The notes beneath the pieces are model-generated. The model worked only from the letters and a program-made list of their open reading frames with translations, did no database searches and had not been told where the DNA came from. The position numbers and the translations under genes were made by a program. DNA of 64,000 nucleotides from an uncultured delta proteobacterium. Lineage in GTDB: Bacteria > Desulfobacterota > Syntrophobacteria > BM002. Where the stretch lies: NCBI GenBank assembly GCA_963712115.1, contig CAVQGX010000009.1:1-64000 (forward strand), given 5' to 3'. Positions 1-10,198 of this stretch are shown here, in pieces (position 1 is the stretch's first letter; each line of letters starts with the position of its first letter).

Positions 1-60
1 AGACAATTTCTGATTTTCTTGTCAGAGATTTTCTTACAGGTGAGAGTGTCTTTGAGGGAA

Positions 61-699
61 TCACAGCTCAACGAGCCGATTCTGAATGGCAAAGCGAGTC
101 AGCTCCGCATTGTTTCTGAGGTTCAGTTTCTGAAGCAACCTAAAGCGATAGGTATCCACAGTCTTTACGCTGATGTTGTAACCCTCGGCAATTTCCCGGG
201 TGGTCTGACCTAGGGCCAGGCTCCTTAGCACTTGAACCTCTCTATTGGACAGAGGATCCAACGGTGAGAGACCCCGCACTCCACTGGCCACCCGCAACGC
301 CAATGATTCGGCGGCTTCTTCGGTGAGATAGCGGCCCCCTGCATGCACCTTGCGGATGGCCTTTACCAGTTGCTCTGGTGCCGATCGTTTGGTGATATAC
401 CCCATGGCGCCAGCACCAATGGCCCGAACCACGTATTGCTCTTCCTCGTGCATGGTAAGGATGAGGATGGGCAGTTTCGCATAGTAAGAGCGAAGCTGGC
501 TGAGGACTTCCAAACCATCCATACCTGGCATAGAAATATCGATGACTGCCACATCAGGCATTGTCTTATGGGCTTGTTGAATGGCCTCGTGGCCATCGGC
601 GGCTTCTGCCACCACCACCATGTCGCCACTCTCTTCAACGATGCGGCGAAGCCCAGCTCGAACAATGGAGTGATCGTCTGCCAACAGCACCTTGATCAT
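61..699 (-). CDS. NarL/UvrY-family response regulator (REC + LuxR HTH)
   Basis: MIKVLLADDH receiver start, DISMPGMDG phospho-Asp motif, LSNREVQV...ISVKTVDTYR LuxR HTH; overlaps kinase stop. Confidence 0.95.
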   Translation of the reverse strand: MIKVLLADDHSIVRAGLRRIVEESGDMVVVAEAADGHEAIQQAHKTMPDVAVIDISMPGMDGLEVLSQLRSYYAKLPILILTMHEEEQYVVRAIGAGAMGYITKRSAPEQLVKAIRKVHAGGRYLTEEAAESLALRVASGVRGLSPLDPLSNREVQVLRSLALGQTTREIAEGYNISVKTVDTYRFRLLQKLNLRNNAELTRFAIQNRLVEL

Positions 700-2270
700 T
701 GGACTAATCCCTTGTCGCCATCAATGGACACTTTGAAACAGACCTGGGTTCCCCCTTCAGGTTGGGATTGAATTTCCAGGACGCCGCCAACCAGGCTAGC
801 GCGTTCGCGCATTCCAGCCATACCTAAGCACTCAGATTCTGGTAAGTCTCGCCTATCGAAGCCGCGTCCATTGTCCACCACCTGCAGGGTCAGCAGACCC
901 GCCGCTGTCTGCAGGGTTACATCCACGTGGGTAGCAAAGGAGTGACGTGCCACGTTGGTCAAGGCCTCCTGAGCGATACGATAAGCTGCTGTGGCTACCA
1001 TGTCATCCACTTTGGGCACACTGGGGTGCCTAAATATGCAAGCAATCCCGGTACGCTTTTCAAAATCGGTCGTGTACCACTCCAATGCTTCCGTGAGTCC
1101 CAAATCGTCGAGCACGCCAGGGCGCAGCCGCGTGGCCATTCCTCTAACCTCATCAATGGTTTTATCGATCAAGTCGCACATTGCCAAGGCCCGCTCCGAC
1201 GCTTTGGTATCTGCTACCTTCAGACGTTCCCTCAACCATACCGAATCAATCCGCAGCGCGGTGAGCACCTGACCCAGTTCATCATGTAGTTCCCGGGCTA
1301 TAGCTGTGCGCTCTTTTTCTTGGCTGGCCATGATGCTACCCGAAAGGCGCCGCAATTGATCCTGAGCATTCTTGAGTTCAGTGATGTCAGTCGAAATTCC
1401 GCAGATGCTGTGTGTAGATCCTTCTTCATCGTAAAGGGGAAATTTTACGGAAAGATAATGGTGAATGCCGTCTTCGTGAGGAACGCGCTCCTCCATTTGG
1501 AAAGGACGCCTTTCGGCAAAGACTTGCAGATCATTGGCTCGAAATTGGTCAGCAATCTCTTTTGGAAAGACGTCATAGTCAGTCTTGCCTCGAATTTCCT
1601 CATTTTGGATGTTAAACAGCTCTTCATACCGCGAATTGACTAGGACATAGCGCCCATCACTGTCTTTGATATAAACCACGGCAGGTGTATATTTGAGAAT
1701 GTTCGTGATCTCCCTAGTCCTTTCCGCCACCTGACGTTCTAAGTCTCTGGAGTAGCGGCTGAGTTCATCTTTGGCTTGCTTGAGTTCCATCTCTGCTTTT
1801 TTTCGTTCTGAGAGATCCCGTGCAACACAAACACTGCCAATGGTGCTGCCATAATCATCTTTCAGCAAACTGATGGATATGTCCATTGGTACGATAGTCC
1901 CGTCTTTTTTTCTCATTGGGATCTCATATTCTCTCACCACTCCATCTCTGCGAAGTCTCGCAAGCATTCCTTCCAGTTCTTCAGAATCCTCATAGAGCTC
2001 AAAGGCTGACTTTCCCGCGAGCTCATCAAAGTTGTAACCATATATTTCTGCCGCCCGCCTATTCCAAAGGATAAATCTGCCATGGTTGTCGACAATGCCG
2101 ATTGCCTCCACCGAGTTTTCAATAATATTTTCCAGATATTCCTTTGTCCTTTTTAGCTCTTCCTCAGCCCGTCTGCCCTCGCTTTCTAATGCCTCCAATT
2201 CGGTAATTCGTCGACGCAATTGCGCCAATTCATTTATGGATTGTATTTTTGTCTTATGTTCTTGTTTCAT
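696..2270 (-). CDS. Cytoplasmic PAS-PAS sensor histidine kinase (HisKA_3/NarX type)
   Basis: Two PAS/PAC domains, ERTAIARELHDELGQ H-box, QEALTNVARHS N-box, DNGRGF and GMAGMRERA G-boxes; no TM segments. Confidence 0.95.
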   Translation of the reverse strand: MKQEHKTKIQSINELAQLRRRITELEALESEGRRAEEELKRTKEYLENIIENSVEAIGIVDNHGRFILWNRRAAEIYGYNFDELAGKSAFELYEDSEELEGMLARLRRDGVVREYEIPMRKKDGTIVPMDISISLLKDDYGSTIGSVCVARDLSERKKAEMELKQAKDELSRYSRDLERQVAERTREITNILKYTPAVVYIKDSDGRYVLVNSRYEELFNIQNEEIRGKTDYDVFPKEIADQFRANDLQVFAERRPFQMEERVPHEDGIHHYLSVKFPLYDEEGSTHSICGISTDITELKNAQDQLRRLSGSIMASQEKERTAIARELHDELGQVLTALRIDSVWLRERLKVADTKASERALAMCDLIDKTIDEVRGMATRLRPGVLDDLGLTEALEWYTTDFEKRTGIACIFRHPSVPKVDDMVATAAYRIAQEALTNVARHSFATHVDVTLQTAAGLLTLQVVDNGRGFDRRDLPESECLGMAGMRERASLVGGVLEIQSQPEGGTQVCFKVSIDGDKGLVQ

Positions 2271-2557
2271 TTTGCGATCCTTGCTAGTGAATACGAAATC
2301 ATGCCAGACTGTTTTTCCTGGTTGCCACGACGATTTCGCTGGATGAGTTTCAACTTTAATGGAGCAGAATGAGAATCAAGATAAGCTGAGAGTAGGAAGA
2401 AACCAAATTTGGCTAATTTCAGGCTAATACAAGGCGGAACAAGTAGCAAGAGAAAAGTGTTACAGATCGAAATTACTTTAAGTTGTTTGGGGTTCATGCT
2501 GCCTGATGGAATGCTTCAATATTTCCAAATGTATATGCATTTTTCGCACAAACCTCG

Positions 2558-3853
2558 CTATCTCGGCACTGCCAGCTTCCCCATGGCCTTTTCAGTAAAG
2601 GTGGGCATGGGATAGTAAAGCTTGCCGCTCTGGGCCTCGGGAGGCCAGACGATAACGATAATTCTCTTGCCGCCTTGCCACTGAACGTTCACCATGGAGT
2701 GCCCGACCTGAAGCCCATTGTCGTCAATATCCCAGCCTCCGTAAAACGACATGAACTCAAGGTCGCCCAGGGCTTTCCTAATTTTATCAGACTCGACGCT
2801 TCCGGCCTTCTCTATCCCCATGACCAGCGCCAAGACTGCCGCACCAGCCTCAGCCGCGTGATAATCCGGTATCATATCTTTGCCCACGGCCTTCTTGAAA
2901 AGCTTGACGAATTCATCTTGACTCGGGCCAATCCAGGGAAGACCAGCTTTCTTGGCCTCGTCAGGAGAGTACTTAACCCCATATTCCCACTGCGAAGGGC
3001 CCGTGACGCCTTCCGCCATGCTGGTTAGCGTTTCATAGAAGGCTGGCAGGGTGGTGGCCGCTATCAAGGACAGGGCCTTGACATTTATGTCGAGATCAGC
3101 CATCTGTCGATTAAAGAGCACGCCGTCTTCAAAGTGGCCTCCGCCCAAGATGAAGTCAGGATTTGTCGCTTGCAAGGCAGAAAGCATAGAGGTCAGGTCG
3201 GTGACTCCTTTGGGGTAGGTTCGTTTGAAGACGATCTCGAATCCAAGCTTCTGGGCATGTTGTTCCGCCCCTTCCATGACCATTTTGGCGAATTCAGAGT
3301 TCTCATAGGCCAGGGCGACTTTCTTGGCCTTGGGATCAACCTTGTGAATCATTTCAAGGGTTCCTTGGTGATACTTGGTCGCTGGACCGATGGTCTGTAC
3401 GACGTACTGAAACCCCTGCCACTGGATCTTATTGTTCGCACCGCCATGATTCATGTAGAGTATTTTGCGACTTTCAGCTAGTGGTGCCCCCCAAAGAGTC
3501 AGCTCTGAACTGTAGGGAGCAAAAACACAATTTGCGTTGTCAACTGTAATTAAACGTCCAATAAGGGTTGTCACTATGTCTTTATTGGATTCACAGTCGT
3601 AGTATCTGTACTGAAGGGGAATCTTCCTCCAGCGTATTCTGACCCCGCCATAAACGTTATTGACCCAATCCACAACTGCCTTTATTCCCCCTACGGCCTG
3701 TTCTCCAGCCTTGGCATACCTCCCTGAGAGACATGCCGGATGGCCGATGACGATCTGGTCTGGGACTGCTAGAGCGTATGAAGCGAAGAAAGCCGCTGAA
3801 ATAACAAGGAAAATAGTGATTACCAGGAAACGATTATTTCGCATCTCGGTCAC
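2558..3853 (-). CDS. Branched-chain amino acid-type (LivJ/K-like) periplasmic solute-binding protein
   Basis: Signal peptide; IVIGHPACLSGRYA, APYSS and C-terminal QWQ..IVWP motifs typical of Peripla_BP_6; no permease or ATPase adjacent. Confidence 0.88.
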   Translation of the reverse strand: MTEMRNNRFLVITIFLVISAAFFASYALAVPDQIVIGHPACLSGRYAKAGEQAVGGIKAVVDWVNNVYGGVRIRWRKIPLQYRYYDCESNKDIVTTLIGRLITVDNANCVFAPYSSELTLWGAPLAESRKILYMNHGGANNKIQWQGFQYVVQTIGPATKYHQGTLEMIHKVDPKAKKVALAYENSEFAKMVMEGAEQHAQKLGFEIVFKRTYPKGVTDLTSMLSALQATNPDFILGGGHFEDGVLFNRQMADLDINVKALSLIAATTLPAFYETLTSMAEGVTGPSQWEYGVKYSPDEAKKAGLPWIGPSQDEFVKLFKKAVGKDMIPDYHAAEAGAAVLALVMGIEKAGSVESDKIRKALGDLEFMSFYGGWDIDDNGLQVGHSMVNVQWQGGKRIIVIVWPPEAQSGKLYYPMPTFTEKAMGKLAVPR

Positions 3854-4004
3854 TCTCCATTACTCGTTATTCTGGATGCTACCCCTCGGCTTGAAGCCTT
3901 GAAATATGGCCTAAAGTACCACAAGCAGTATAAAACAAATAATTTTTTCTTTATGTTCAGTCACAAGCTAGGATTTGCAGAAAGAGGTGTTCGGAAATAA
4001 TAAA

Positions 4005-4241
4005 CTATCCTTTCTTCCCTTGATCATTATTTGCAGATTGTTTGATACAAGAGTCCCAGTAACTGCATTCTGTTTCCGAACAATCCTCCGTCGCCTTTCT
4101 GAAGCAATCATCGAATCCCCGGCTTTTTTGCTTCTTTCTGACGTACTCTGTTATGCAGAGGTCGCATAAGCCTCCAGAGGGCTCATCCGTAGCTATACCA
4201 ACAATCCAAATTATGCCGCATCTTATACAGATGTATTCCAT
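4005..4241 (-). CDS. Small Cys-rich hypothetical protein (8 Cys)
   Basis: CxxC...CxxC followed by DCF-x5-C-x4-C-x-YW-xx-C; GGAG SD upstream. Confidence 0.65.
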   Translation of the reverse strand: MEYICIRCGIIWIVGIATDEPSGGLCDLCITEYVRKKQKSRGFDDCFRKATEDCSETECSYWDSCIKQSANNDQGKKG

Positions 4242-4347
4242 CTAATCAAGCACTCCCGGCTGCCTCTTTTCTTATGATTTTCATTCTTTCACCCAGCAAG
4301 TTTGGCAGAGCAGCTTATAGGCTCACGACAGCTGCTGACATCATAGG

Positions 4348-5472
4348 TTACCCAATAAAGCTCCAGAGAACACCGGCGGCAATGGCCGAGCCGATAACGC
4401 CAGCAATATTCGGCGCCATGGCGTGCATGAGCAAGTAGTTAGTTGGGTCTTCATGGTTGCCGATCATCTGCACCACTCGGGCTGAATCTGGAACCGCTGA
4501 AACGCCGGCTGCGCCTAGAAGAGGGTTAATCTTCTCCCGGGAGAATACATTCATGAGTTTGGCGAATAGGACGCCGCCGCCGGTGGCTACCATAAACGAA
4601 CAGGCGCCCAGGACAAAAATTCCTACTGATTTGGTGGTGAGAAAGACATCGGCCTGGGTGCTGGCGCCAACCGTAAGGCCCAAGACGATGGTCACTGCGT
4701 CAATCACCGCCGTTCGAGCGGTCTGCGAAAGGCGTTCGGTGACCAGACATTCCTTGAGAAGGTTGCCGAAGAAAAGCATGCCCAACAGGGGCAGGGCGGC
4801 CGGTGCGATAAAACCGCAGAGCAAGAAGCCGAGAATGGGAAAGATGATCTTCTCTGGCTGGCTAACCTCGCGGGGATCATCCATTTTGATGAGCCGTTCC
4901 TCGCGGGTGGTGAGCAGTTTCATGATGGGCGGCTGGATTACCGGCACCAGGGCCATGTACGAATAGGCGGCAATGGCAATAGGGCCCACCAAATGGGGTG
5001 CCAGCTGAGCCGACAAGAAGATGGCAGTGGGTCCATCAGCACCACCGATGATACCAATAGAAGCCGCCTCCTTGGGAAGGAATCCTAGGAATAGGGCGCC
5101 CAGAAATGTGACGAAAATCCCCACCTGAGCCGCTGCACCCAGCAAGATGAGCTTGGGTCTGGCTAGGAGGGTGGAAAAGTCGGTCATGGCGCCGATGCCC
5201 AGAAAGATCAAGGGCGGATAGACGCCCTTGCGAACCCCGAAGTAAAGATAGTTCAGTACACTTCCCTCTTCATAGATGCCAAGGCCCAGCCCCTTGAACA
5301 CTGGAATGTTGCCAACAAGGATGCCAAAGCCGATGGGAACGAGAAGCAGTGGCTCGTAGTGTTTGGCAATACCCAAATAGAGGAAAAAAAGACCCACAGC
5401 GATCATGATCAGATGGCGGTAATCGGCCATGCCAAAGCCGGTGTTATGGAAAAAATTTGCCAGGAACTCCAT
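4348..5472 (-). CDS. oadB: Na+-translocating decarboxylase beta subunit (OadB/GcdB/MmdB family)
   Basis: EPLLLVPIGFG, IFLGIGAMTDF, IGIIGGADGPTAIF, AAYSYMALVP and GVSAVP signature motifs. Confidence 0.95.
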   Translation of the reverse strand: MEFLANFFHNTGFGMADYRHLIMIAVGLFFLYLGIAKHYEPLLLVPIGFGILVGNIPVFKGLGLGIYEEGSVLNYLYFGVRKGVYPPLIFLGIGAMTDFSTLLARPKLILLGAAAQVGIFVTFLGALFLGFLPKEAASIGIIGGADGPTAIFLSAQLAPHLVGPIAIAAYSYMALVPVIQPPIMKLLTTREERLIKMDDPREVSQPEKIIFPILGFLLCGFIAPAALPLLGMLFFGNLLKECLVTERLSQTARTAVIDAVTIVLGLTVGASTQADVFLTTKSVGIFVLGACSFMVATGGGVLFAKLMNVFSREKINPLLGAAGVSAVPDSARVVQMIGNHEDPTNYLLMHAMAPNIAGVIGSAIAAGVLWSFIG

Positions 5473-5530
5473 ATAATCCCTCTTTCAGTTGCTATAACAA
5501 ATCTAATTGTTACTATAAAAAGTTGCCGTT

Positions 5531-5983
5531 TTAAGGCGAGCTTTCTTCTTCATACCCTTTAGCCCAGCAAAACAGCCCATCAGGCTCGCGCACTATTTTA
5601 CCTTTCAAAATCAGACGACAGATGGTGGAGTGAGGTTTGGCCAGTCTATGTTCAGCCAGCATCAGTACCCGTGGCAGCTTAAATGGTTCACCCAGGTGAG
5701 CCGTGAGCAGACGCAAAGACTCCTCGGCGTCATCCAGATCCCCTTCCTCAAGTCTCTCCTCTGCGACTGGAGTTGCAGGTGCGGATGGTTTCTTCACTGG
5801 GTAGAAAAGGTCTTTAAGAGTTATGACAATGGACTTTGGGGTTTGACCATTCAACCGGCCTATTACATAAGGGAACAGGGAGATTATAAAAGCCAGGGAG
5901 GCCAGCCCGAAAAAGACGATAGAAATCCCTAAGGCCGCAATGAGCCAGCCACTGGCTGCAGTAATTCCAGAAAACCCGCCCAT
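5531..5983 (-). CDS. OadG-family (gamma/delta subunit) membrane protein with C-terminal extension
   Basis: N-terminal TM (ALGISIVFFGLASLA), Pro/Ala linker, directly upstream of oadB. Confidence 0.75.
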   Translation of the reverse strand: MGGFSGITAASGWLIAALGISIVFFGLASLAFIISLFPYVIGRLNGQTPKSIVITLKDLFYPVKKPSAPATPVAEERLEEGDLDDAEESLRLLTAHLGEPFKLPRVLMLAEHRLAKPHSTICRLILKGKIVREPDGLFCWAKGYEEESSP

Positions 5984-5987
5984 TGAT

Positions 5988-6434
5988 CTACCTCCCGCCT
6001 TTCAGTCTGCGCCTGATTGCTTCTGCGAGGAAGGGTATCCGATTGGCCACCCTTTCGGAGACAGCGCGCATGATCTTGGTTCCCGTGGCCACGTTGCTCT
6101 GGATTAGGCGCAACAGCTCGCTCCCGGGAAAAGAAATAAAAGAGCAGTCGGTGAGACAGATGACATCTCCAGTGTAATGGGTTGGATGGATGATGGCTGA
6201 CCAGCCCACCACTTCGCCACGTCCGTGGAGGGTAAGGGCCCGACCGTCATTAAAGGCGACCATAAGGTTTCCCTGATCCATGACGTAGAAGGTGCGGGCT
6301 GGCTGTCCCTCCTTAATTATCGTTTCCCCCTCACTGGCATGGACCATGTCGGCCACTTTCGCTAATAAAGCGAGTTCATTGGGTTCCAAATCGAGAAAAA
6401 TGTCATATTTTCTGAGTTCGTGTGCTGGAATCAT
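5988..6434 (-). CDS. Stand-alone cyclic nucleotide-binding domain protein
   Basis: IFLDL..ELALL, GETIIKEG...FYV..G, GEVVGW cNMP fold; no HTH. Confidence 0.85.
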   Translation of the reverse strand: MIPAHELRKYDIFLDLEPNELALLAKVADMVHASEGETIIKEGQPARTFYVMDQGNLMVAFNDGRALTLHGRGEVVGWSAIIHPTHYTGDVICLTDCSFISFPGSELLRLIQSNVATGTKIMRAVSERVANRIPFLAEAIRRRLKGGR

Positions 6435-6509
6435 GTTTGTAACCGTTCTAGGAAACCAGCTATTAGAAACACTGGTAATCTACGGTAGATCGAGGTTTAA
6501 GATTTCCGG

Positions 6510-7001
6510 CTAATCGTCCCCTTCAGGCAGCCGGATCACCAACACCGGCTTTTTGGACCGTCGCAAAACCCGCCTGGCAGTGCTCCCCATCATAGCGTCT
6601 GCAAAAGCTCCATGGCCATGGGTGCCCATGACAAGGACGTCGAAGTCGCCTTTGTCGACCTCTTGAAGGATCTCTTCTTCGGGAATGCCCACCTTGACCC
6701 GAATATCGTCAACGGTGAAAGGGTGGGAGGCGAGCTCAGTGCTCATATTTGCCCGAAACTTATCGAGACGTGTGTTCACTTCGGTGATAGCCCTCTTGAC
6801 GTTTTTTTCCTTGATCTCTTCCCACTGTTCTCCCAAGAAATAGACGGAGATGGGGGGAGCCTCCAACACATGGAGAATGGTAATCCCTGCCCCATACCGA
6901 TGAGCGATACTCGCCGCATAAACAAAAGCGTGACGAGCATTTTCGGAAAGGTCAGTGGCATAAAGTATTTTCTTGATCTCTGGAATAGTCAACGCGCCCA
7001 T
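6510..7001 (-). CDS. Universal stress protein (UspA family)
   Basis: KKILYATDLS, VMGTHG...MGSTARRVLRRSKKPVLVI; start moved to ATG 7001 (purine-rich SD). Confidence 0.95.
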   Translation of the reverse strand: MGALTIPEIKKILYATDLSENARHAFVYAASIAHRYGAGITILHVLEAPPISVYFLGEQWEEIKEKNVKRAITEVNTRLDKFRANMSTELASHPFTVDDIRVKVGIPEEEILQEVDKGDFDVLVMGTHGHGAFADAMMGSTARRVLRRSKKPVLVIRLPEGDD

Positions 7002-7071
7002 TCCTTCTTCCTCCTTTTCATTTAATAGGTAATTTTTCTGCAAAAGTTCAGAGCACCATAGACGAAAGGAG

Positions 7072-7111
7072 AAAAAATGGGCGTGCTGGCGCTATTTTCG
7101 CACCCCCATTT
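7072..7111 (-). terminator. Hairpin + U-tract between dctM and usp
   Basis: Minus strand AATGGGGGTGC..GCACGCCCATT followed by T-run. Confidence 0.5.
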
Positions 7112-7137
7112 CTGTATCCATAATCCCAGCCCTCAGA

Positions 7138-8433
7138 TCAGAAGAGAAGCCCATAGATGAGCTTGGGAAACCAGAGGGAGATGATGGGAACATAGGTGAC
7201 AATAACCAGGCCAATCAGCATAATGATCATAAAGGGGGCAGCCCCTCTGAACACGTCCATAAGTGACAAACCGGAGATTCCACTGGCCACGAAGAGGTTG
7301 AGCCCTACGGGCGGGGTGATCATGCCAATCTCCATATTCACCGTCATGACTATGCCGAAATGGATGGGATCGATGCCGAGGCTCTTGACGATGGGGAGGA
7401 ATAGGGGTGCCAGGATCAAGATGGCCGAGCTCGGCTCCATGAAGTCTCCTACAAAGTAGAGAAGGACATTGACAAAAAGGAGGAATGCCCAGGGACTCAC
7501 AGCGTGTTCGATAATGAACGCGGCAATGGCTGCCGGGATCCCTTCGGTGGTGAGGATGAAGGCAAAAAGCATGGCCGTGGTAATAATAAAAAGGACCATG
7601 GCCATGGTTACACCGGAACGGACAAACACCTTGGGAATGTCGCGAAAAGTGAGATCCCGGTAAACGAAAAGCCCTACAAGCAGTGCGTACACCACGGCCA
7701 CTGCCGCAGCTTCGGTGGGGGTGAAAATCCCGCCGTAGATCCCGCCAAGAACCAGGACAGGCATAAAAATTCCGGGCAAGGCTACCCACAAGAGGCGCCA
7801 GCGCTCCGACCAGGTGACCTTCTCTCCTCCCTTGAACCCCTTTACCCTGGCGACAATAATCGCGGTGATAATAAAAAACAGACCCATCATGATTCCGGGG
7901 CCCACCCCGGCCATGAACAGCTTGCCCACAGATTCTTCGGTGGCCACACCGTAAACGATCATGGGGATACTAGGGGGGATAAGGATACCCAGGGAACCGG
8001 CCGAGCCCAGGAGCCCCACACTATACTTTTCGCCGTAGCCCGATGCAATCATGGCGGGGATCATGATAGAGCCGATGGCCACCACCGTGGAGGGGCTGGA
8101 GCCGGAAATCGCCGCAAAGAACATGCAGGCAAGAATGGAGGCCACAGCCAGCCCCCCACTATAATGCCCCACAAAGGCATTGCACACGTCTATGAGCCGC
8201 TTGGACACACCTCCCGTGGCCATGACATTGCTAGCCAGAACAAAAAACGGGATGGCCATGAGGGGAAAATGATCCAGGCCATTGTATAGCTTCTGGGCTA
8301 CGGCCATCAGGGGCAGGCTCTCGTGGTACCAGAAGGTGGCGATCACGGAGAGACCCAGGCAAACGGCCAGGGGTGTCCCCATGAGCAGAAACAAGAAAAA
8401 GACGACAAAAAGAGTAACACCTACACTCTCCAT
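7138..8433 (-). CDS. dctM: TRAP transporter large permease
   Basis: FPLMAIPFF, FAAISGSS, LIPPSIPMIVYG, FTPTEAAAV, ITPPVGLNLFV motifs. Confidence 0.95.
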   Translation of the reverse strand: MESVGVTLFVVFFLFLLMGTPLAVCLGLSVIATFWYHESLPLMAVAQKLYNGLDHFPLMAIPFFVLASNVMATGGVSKRLIDVCNAFVGHYSGGLAVASILACMFFAAISGSSPSTVVAIGSIMIPAMIASGYGEKYSVGLLGSAGSLGILIPPSIPMIVYGVATEESVGKLFMAGVGPGIMMGLFFIITAIIVARVKGFKGGEKVTWSERWRLLWVALPGIFMPVLVLGGIYGGIFTPTEAAAVAVVYALLVGLFVYRDLTFRDIPKVFVRSGVTMAMVLFIITTAMLFAFILTTEGIPAAIAAFIIEHAVSPWAFLLFVNVLLYFVGDFMEPSSAILILAPLFLPIVKSLGIDPIHFGIVMTVNMEIGMITPPVGLNLFVASGISGLSLMDVFRGAAPFMIIMLIGLVIVTYVPIISLWFPKLIYGLLF

Positions 8434-8487
8434 TGGTTTCTCCTTCGAGGCCTAGTTACTGGGGCGAAGACCATACCGGTGGCATTG

Positions 8488-9034
8488 TCATTTATCTTTC
8501 TCCAGGTGGACCAGCTTCGCCCTATCCTCCTCGGACAGCTCATGCATCTTGTCAATCTCAATAGCCTTCCCCTGAAGCACGTAAACCAGCTGCTCGATGA
8601 AGCGCAGGCTGAGTAAAACCCCGCCAACCGGCACGGCCAGGTATCCTATCTCCATGGGCATGCGCAAATCTCGGGACAGGAGTTTGCTCCTGCTGATGAA
8701 ATGGGCGAATTCGAACCCTTTTACAGCCACAATTATCCCGAAAAGGATACAGAGGAGAATGGAGAGAATGAGGATGACTTTTCTGGACGTTCGGGTGGAA
8801 CTTCTTAACCAGGACGTCCACCCCGATGTGGATGTTCTCCCGAACCCCCAGACTGGCGCCAATAAAGGTGCACCAGATAAGGGCCATGATGGTGATCTCG
8901 TACGAGCCGCCCCAGCCGGTGCCGAACACATACCTGAGGATCACCTCCTGGAAGGTCAGGTAGGAGGCCAGAGCCAGCAGAATGATCACCAAAACCGTTT
9001 CGGTCTGGTTCCAGATCCGGATAATTAATTGCAT
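8488..9034 (-). pseudogene. dctQ: TRAP small permease DctQ, split by a +1 frameshift at 8779-8782
   Basis: N-half MQLII..VILRYVF..HIGVDVL in one frame, C-half VILILSILL..YLAVPVGG..LRF in another; removing one A from CAG AAAA GTC restores a ~181-aa DctQ. Confidence 0.85.
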
Positions 9035-9050
9035 GATAGTTTTCCCCTCT

Positions 9051-9077
9051 GCCCCGGAAGAGCTTTTCTCCCGGGGC
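9051..9077 (-). promoter_or_regulatory. GC-rich hairpin between dctP and dctQ (likely mRNA stabiliser or attenuator)
   Basis: GCCCCGG-GAGAAAAGCTCTT-CCGGGGC inverted repeat. Confidence 0.45.
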
Positions 9078-9092
9078 GTTTGTTCTGTTTTG

Positions 9093-10094
9093 CTATCGCA
9101 TCTTATAAATCTCATCAATCCATGAGGCCGGGATAAACTGGGGAAACATCTTGTGCACCGGCTCCATGGTTTTCTGCATCACTGCCTTTTCCTGGGGAGT
9201 GAGCTCATGGATTTTAAGTTTTCCGGTCTGTTGAGCATATTCCTTTATCTTGGCCAGATCAGTCTCGTTCATCTCCTTTGCCTTCAAGCGCTCCTCACGG
9301 GTTACCTCCGCCATGATCTTCTCCAGGGTAGCGCGCACATCAGCAGGGAGCTTGTTCCAGAAGCTCTCCGTGGTGATCACCACGTAACCAAGGTAACCGT
9401 GGTTGGAGATGGTGTAATAATTCTGGACCTCATGGAGCTTCTTGGAGTAGATGTTGGAGGGAGTATTCTCCTGGCCGTCCACCACCCCCTGCTCCAAAGC
9501 GTTGTACACCTCGCCAAAGGGAAGCTTCAGCCCCACGGCATCGACCTTGTGCATCTGGGCTTCCAGGATGTCAGAGCTCATGATCCGGAACTTCACCCCC
9601 TTGAAATCCTCTGGTTTGATCAAGGGATGCTTATTATTGGTGAAGTCTTTGAAGCCGTTGTCCCAGACGGCCAGGGCCTTGAGCCCCCGCTTCTCGAACG
9701 ACTTCATAATCTCTTTGCCAATGGGCCCGTCGATTGTCTTGTGGGTGGCCTCGGTTGTGGCAAAAAGGAAGGGTTGGTCAAAGAGCTGAAGCTGCGGGAC
9801 AGAGCCGACAAACTTGGCGCTGGCGGGCGCAGCCATCTGGATGAACCCGGCGGAGAGGGCCTCGACAGCCTGGTTGTCGTCGTAGAGCTGGGCATTGGGG
9901 AAGACCGTCACCTTCACCTTGCCCTTGAGCTCCTTGTTGGCCCGGGCGGCAAACTCCTTGGCCGCCCACCCCTTGGGGGTGTTGTCCGCCACCACATGGG
10001 AGAAACTGATCTTTATCGCCTTAGCTACGGCCGCTGGAGCGACCATTATCAAGGACAGCAAAACGACTAGAAAAAAAACGTGGTATCTTCTCAT
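9093..10094 (-). CDS. dctP: TRAP C4-dicarboxylate-type substrate-binding protein
   Basis: Signal peptide, FSHVVADNTPKG, WDNGFK, FKGVKFRIM, EVYNALEQGVVDGQENT; start probably ATG 10094 (alternative 10154). Confidence 0.95.
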   Translation of the reverse strand: MRRYHVFFLVVLLSLIMVAPAAVAKAIKISFSHVVADNTPKGWAAKEFAARANKELKGKVKVTVFPNAQLYDDNQAVEALSAGFIQMAAPASAKFVGSVPQLQLFDQPFLFATTEATHKTIDGPIGKEIMKSFEKRGLKALAVWDNGFKDFTNNKHPLIKPEDFKGVKFRIMSSDILEAQMHKVDAVGLKLPFGEVYNALEQGVVDGQENTPSNIYSKKLHEVQNYYTISNHGYLGYVVITTESFWNKLPADVRATLEKIMAEVTREERLKAKEMNETDLAKIKEYAQQTGKLKIHELTPQEKAVMQKTMEPVHKMFPQFIPASWIDEIYKMR

Positions 10095-10198
10095 CTTGAT
10101 CTTCCTTTTGTATTTAGGACGTATTGGATACTTGTTCTTGAGCCATCTCACCACCCTCGTATGGACGCCGCCAGCAAAGTTTCCCTGCAGAACTGAAG

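Noticed and set aside
7504-10070. Long plus-strand ORFs of 261 and 305 aa
   Set aside because: Antisense shadows of GC-rich dctM and dctP
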